From: an uncultured Pseudomonadales bacterium
Lineage (GTDB): Bacteria > Patescibacteriota > Microgenomatia > UBA1400 > PJMF01
Direction: 5' to 3'
Length of the DNA stretch: 34,385 bases
NCBI GenBank assembly: GCA_964394125.1
Contig: CAYMVN010000004.1
Location: 1 to 34,385, forward strand
A program made the translations under genes and the position numbers. A model generated the notes under the pieces. That model ran no database searches, had not been told where the DNA came from, and saw nothing but the letters and a program-made list of their open reading frames with translations. This document shows, piece by piece, positions 31,283 to 34,385 of the stretch; the first letter of the stretch is position 1; each line of letters starts with the position of its first letter.

Positions 31283-32749
31283 ATGGATGTTCAATCAGTA
31301 CTTCAAAATTATTTTCACCTTAAAAAACTGCGCCCTGCACAAGAGTCGGTGATTACAAGTGTACTTGAAAAGCGTGATACAGTGGCGATACTGCCCACCG
31401 GGGCTGGCAAGTCACTCTGTTATCAAGTACCAGCCGTACTTTTTCCAGGGATTACCGTAGTAATCTCTCCACTCATTGCCCTTATGTACGATCAAGTTAC
31501 ACAGCTGCAAAAATGTGGTATTCGCTCAGTGCAGCTCTCAAGCATGCTCACTGCTGACCAACTGAGCGATGAACTTGCAGCCATTAGACTCGGGATATAC
31601 AAAATTGTCTATGTCTCACCAGAAAGGCTGCAGAGTACTCGTATCAGCGCTGCTTTACGCCGGTGTACCATTTCACTTGTGGTAGTAGATGAAGCACACT
31701 GCATAGCAACCTGGGGGCATGAGTTCCGGCCGCACTACCGGTCACTCTCACTTGCACTACACAAACTGCAGCAACGGCCGCCAATTCTCGCCGTAACTGC
31801 AACAGCCACCAAAGACACTATCGCTGATATCTGTTCAACACTTGAGCTGAAGAATACGAATGTCATTTCGACACCTACTAATCGAGAGAATATTCGGCTG
31901 CAAGTTATTACAGTACAAAATCAAGAAGAACAGGACTGTGCTCTCGCATACTTTGCCGGGTGCGCCGATGCAGGGCAGACTCTTATCTTTACTGCCACAC
32001 GAAACAAAGCCGTTGAAGTGAAGCGGTCACTGCAGCACTGGCTTCCCAGACTTCCACCCACAGCAGTTTTCCATGCCAAACTCCCTGCATCAGAAAAGAT
32101 GCAGATTGCTGCAGACTTCCGTTCGGGGGCAGTGCAAGTACTCATCGCAACCACTGCTTTTGGAATGGGACTTAACTTTCCACACATTCGCAGAATAATT
32201 CACGCACAAATTCCGGGAAGTTATGCGCAGTACAGCCAAGAGATCGGCAGAGCAGGCCGAGACGGGCAACCAGCCGAGTGCATACTACTCTATCTTCCAC
32301 AAGATAAAACGGTACAAGAAGTGCTCCAAGAGAGCGAGAATCAGAGCGACGTACGAAAAAAACAGCGTACCCGCGAGCTCGACACCTTTATTCAGTTCTG
32401 CACACAACAAAAAAAGTGTCGCAAACAGGAACTGGCAGAGTACTTTAGCTCAGAGCAAGTTGCCGCCTGTGGAAGCTGTGATGTTTGCCGCTTTCGCGTG
32501 GCAGGAATCCCCAGTTTAGCCGGCCAGCTTGGGATTCCTGAAGCAGACTGCACCAAACTTAAAAACCAGCGGACACTGCTTGCTCGGGCTACTCACTGTC
32601 CTGAAAGCTCAGTCGCACACGACATGCAGCTGTTATGGTTACTTGCAGCAAAACCAAGTTCACAGACCAATTTAGAAAAACTACCCGCATATGGAAAAGG
32701 GTGGATACAAAGATGGGCTGGGCAGTTTTTGCCAGCAGTGGTAAAATAG
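31283..32749 (+). CDS. recQ: ATP-dependent DNA helicase, RecQ family
   Basis: LRPAQESVI, PTGAGKSLCYQVPA, VVDEAHCIATWGHEFRPHY, TATAT, IATTAFGMGLNFPHIRRIIH, QEIGRAGRDG, and the Zn-binding CRKQ...CGSCDVC. The ATG at 31283 is preferred over the TTG at 31262. Confidence 0.9.
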   Translation: MDVQSVLQNYFHLKKLRPAQESVITSVLEKRDTVAILPTGAGKSLCYQVPAVLFPGITVVISPLIALMYDQVTQLQKCGIRSVQLSSMLTADQLSDELAAIRLGIYKIVYVSPERLQSTRISAALRRCTISLVVVDEAHCIATWGHEFRPHYRSLSLALHKLQQRPPILAVTATATKDTIADICSTLELKNTNVISTPTNRENIRLQVITVQNQEEQDCALAYFAGCADAGQTLIFTATRNKAVEVKRSLQHWLPRLPPTAVFHAKLPASEKMQIAADFRSGAVQVLIATTAFGMGLNFPHIRRIIHAQIPGSYAQYSQEIGRAGRDGQPAECILLYLPQDKTVQEVLQESENQSDVRKKQRTRELDTFIQFCTQQKKCRKQELAEYFSSEQVAACGSCDVCRFRVAGIPSLAGQLGIPEADCTKLKNQRTLLARATHCPESSVAHDMQLLWLLAAKPSSQTNLEKLPAYGKGWIQRWAGQFLPAVVK

Positions 32750-32754
32750 GCAGT

Positions 32755-33084
32755 ATGAAGATCGAAGAATTAGTTGCTGAGTACAAAGAAATATCAGAGA
32801 CACTGAACGAGCGGTGGCCGCTTGATGGTGGTCAGCAGCGAACTTTTGCCCGAATTATGAAGATCGTTGAAGAGCTCGGTGAGCTTTCGGACGAGATCTT
32901 AACCAGCATGAACTTGCAGAGAAATACAAAGATTGCACAGTTTTCGCACCAGAATCTTGAAGATGAGTTTGCAGACGTACTGGGATCACTTATTCTGCTT
33001 GGTGTCGAACTTGATATCGACGTGGAAGCAGTTATGAAACGAAAAATTGCCTTTACCAGAGAACGCTTTGGTATGGATGAGTAG
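32755..33084 (+). CDS. MazG-like nucleotide pyrophosphohydrolase (all-alpha NTP-PPase)
   Basis: VEELGELSDE and EDEFADVLGSLILL correspond to the EExxE/ExxD metal-binding helices. The ATG at 32755 lies 6 nt after the recQ stop. The longer track ORF (32635) overlaps recQ and is unlikely. Confidence 0.7.
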   Translation: MKIEELVAEYKEISETLNERWPLDGGQQRTFARIMKIVEELGELSDEILTSMNLQRNTKIAQFSHQNLEDEFADVLGSLILLGVELDIDVEAVMKRKIAFTRERFGMDE

Positions 33085-33085
33085 G

Positions 33086-33697
33086 TTAGTTACAAACACC
33101 CCACAGACCTTTTTTCTCTTGTTGTGCCGTTATCTGTAGTGTGTCTAGTTGGTTCTGATAACGGGTATCTGGTGGATACCACTTTGAACGCGCGAAACCA
33201 CCAGCTACCAGTGCTTTACTCACCGAGTTTCCATCAACATACACGTATCTGAGTAACCGACCATACTTGTCTGTTTCTTTCGTATCTTTTTCTAACGAGA
33301 CTGATTTACCTGCTACAAGCCGCATGTTTTCTGCAGTTGCTTCAGCACCATAACACGTTACTTGTGCATCACTGCCTTTTGCCTCAGGAGCATCAATACC
33401 TACATAACGAACTTTTCTACCATCAGTAAGCAGAACTGTATCGCCATCAATGACCGATGCAACAACTGCTGTTTCGCTCCCTGCTTGTGGAACTGCTGAG
33501 ATTGAAGCTTGAGTTGTTGCAGTTTGTATAGGAACAGGGCTACTTGGTGTGTCAATACTTTCAAAAACTGAAGAGAGTGCGGAAGTTACCTCTGGAGAGC
33601 TGAGATATTTTTTGTATTCTGACAGTCCGAGCGCACCGAACACCAGTGAGAGTACTGCTACCGCAAGCTGAGTTCGATACTGTTTCAAGAGCTGCAT
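33086..33697 (-). CDS. Membrane-anchored or secreted thermonuclease (SNase / micrococcal nuclease-like)
   Basis: N-terminal hydrophobic helix (LAVAVLSLVFGALGL), then VIDGDTVLLTDGRKVRYVGIDAPE...YG.EA...N..LV.GK.V.LE.D....DKYGRLLRYVYVDG...LV..GFA. Confidence 0.85.
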   Translation of the reverse strand: MQLLKQYRTQLAVAVLSLVFGALGLSEYKKYLSSPEVTSALSSVFESIDTPSSPVPIQTATTQASISAVPQAGSETAVVASVIDGDTVLLTDGRKVRYVGIDAPEAKGSDAQVTCYGAEATAENMRLVAGKSVSLEKDTKETDKYGRLLRYVYVDGNSVSKALVAGGFARSKWYPPDTRYQNQLDTLQITAQQEKKGLWGVCN

Positions 33698-33722
33698 ATG
33701 CTGCAACTATACTGGCAGTGCC

Positions 33723-34385
33723 TTATATTCTCAAGTGCTGGTAGAGTTCGCCATCTGTGAAGCCGCGTGAACGGTAGTATTCACGGGTACCGATCGCAGA
33801 GATGACTGCAAGTGCATTAAAATTATTTTGACGTGCAATTTCAGCTGCTGCTTGCAGTAACTCAGTCCCCAAACCTTTGTGCTGAGATGTTTTTTTGTTG
33901 TGAGAACCAATCCCAACGAGCTGCCCATACACATGCACTTCTCTAATGACAGCTTCTCCATGAAGCTCAGTACAAAAAGAGTCTTGTTTTGGGATACTCA
34001 GCCGTAAAAATGCCACAATCTTGTCTTCTTTTGCTAAGCAGAACTGAATGAAGTACTCAGTGCTGGTGGTCGTTTGGTAGATAACAACTCTTTTTTCTAG
34101 ATCGTCATACGAGTACTGCATCTGCTTAATTTCTCTCGATCTAATATCGCGGGAGAGCGTCCCGGCAGTTCTCAGTTTTGCTTCTGCTAACTCTCTAAAG
34201 TTTGTCAGTTTATTACCGGTCACGATGTCAGGTGAGGGGATGTCTCTAATAACCCGGGTTAATCGGCAGTACTCAGGGGTGTGTGCAATTGCAAATGACA
34301 CAACATCAAGCAACTCTTCGTGGGTGTATGGTTTCCACTTTCCATCACGAAAGTACTGCATGAGCTCTGCACTGCCAATGAGTGA
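33723..34385 (-). CDS. elp3: Elp3-like tRNA-modification enzyme, C-terminal part (end of the radical-SAM domain plus the GNAT acetyltransferase domain). The 5' end lies beyond the window.
   Basis: GKWKPYTHEELLDV, CRLTRVIRDIPS..I..GNK..N.RE, IREVHVYGQ, and QHKGLGTELLQAAAEIARQNNFNALAVISAIGTREYYRSRGF match the Elp3 C-terminal region. The reading frame stays open to the window edge. Confidence 0.75.
   Translation of the reverse strand, partial: SLIGSAELMQYFRDGKWKPYTHEELLDVVSFAIAHTPEYCRLTRVIRDIPSPDIVTGNKLTNFRELAEAKLRTAGTLSRDIRSREIKQMQYSYDDLEKRVVIYQTTTSTEYFIQFCLAKEDKIVAFLRLSIPKQDSFCTELHGEAVIREVHVYGQLVGIGSHNKKTSQHKGLGTELLQAAAEIARQNNFNALAVISAIGTREYYRSRGFTDGELYQHLRI

Noticed and set aside
32635-32754. 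The long form of the MazG-like ORF, which starts inside recQ.
   Set aside because: It overlaps the recQ 3' end by 115 nt in another frame. The MazG-like homology begins only at the ATG at 32755, 6 nt after the recQ stop.

Overview
This is a compact bacterial chromosome segment. Genes are tightly packed and often overlap, and the code is standard with TGA used as a stop. An accessory insertion of about 11.1 kb interrupts it.

Host backbone, 1-17202: sugar nucleotidyltransferase, HAD phosphatase, class-III aminotransferase, tRNA-His and tRNA-Arg, enolase, EF-P with an EpmA-like EF-P lysyltransferase, a pseudouridine synthase, a 2455-aa repeat-rich surface protein, an alpha/beta hydrolase, tRNA-Gly, an MFS transporter, tRNA-Leu and tRNA-Pro.

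Host backbone, 28330-34385: a MutY/Nth-like glycosylase, an archaeal-type PPAT-DPCK fusion (the last two CoA steps), RarA, RecQ, a MazG-like protein, an SNase-like nuclease and the 3' part of an Elp3-like gene.

The insertion lies between tRNA-Pro(TGG) and the glycosylase gene and is clearly AT-rich. I counted 16/60 G+C at 24001-24060 against 30/60 at 30121-30180. It has two parts:
- A minus-strand backbone: a large serine recombinase whose ORF ends inside antisense tRNA-Pro, a RepA/AAA_25-like ATPase, small ORFs, an OmpR-type winged-helix regulator and a membrane protein.
- A plus-strand cargo: a Hachiman-like pair (a DUF1837-like D..ExK protein plus a Ski2-like DEAH helicase), followed by three uncharacterised genes. 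Two of these are translationally coupled, and at least one has a clear PD-(D/E)xK signature.

The cargo block, especially the three genes after the helicase, is the best candidate for an undescribed defence module. No rRNA, CRISPR array, reverse transcriptase or virion genes were seen. The gene content (archaeal-type CoA enzymes, Elp3, a giant LamG/Ig-repeat protein) fits an uncultivated reduced-genome lineage such as Patescibacteria. That assignment is inference only.
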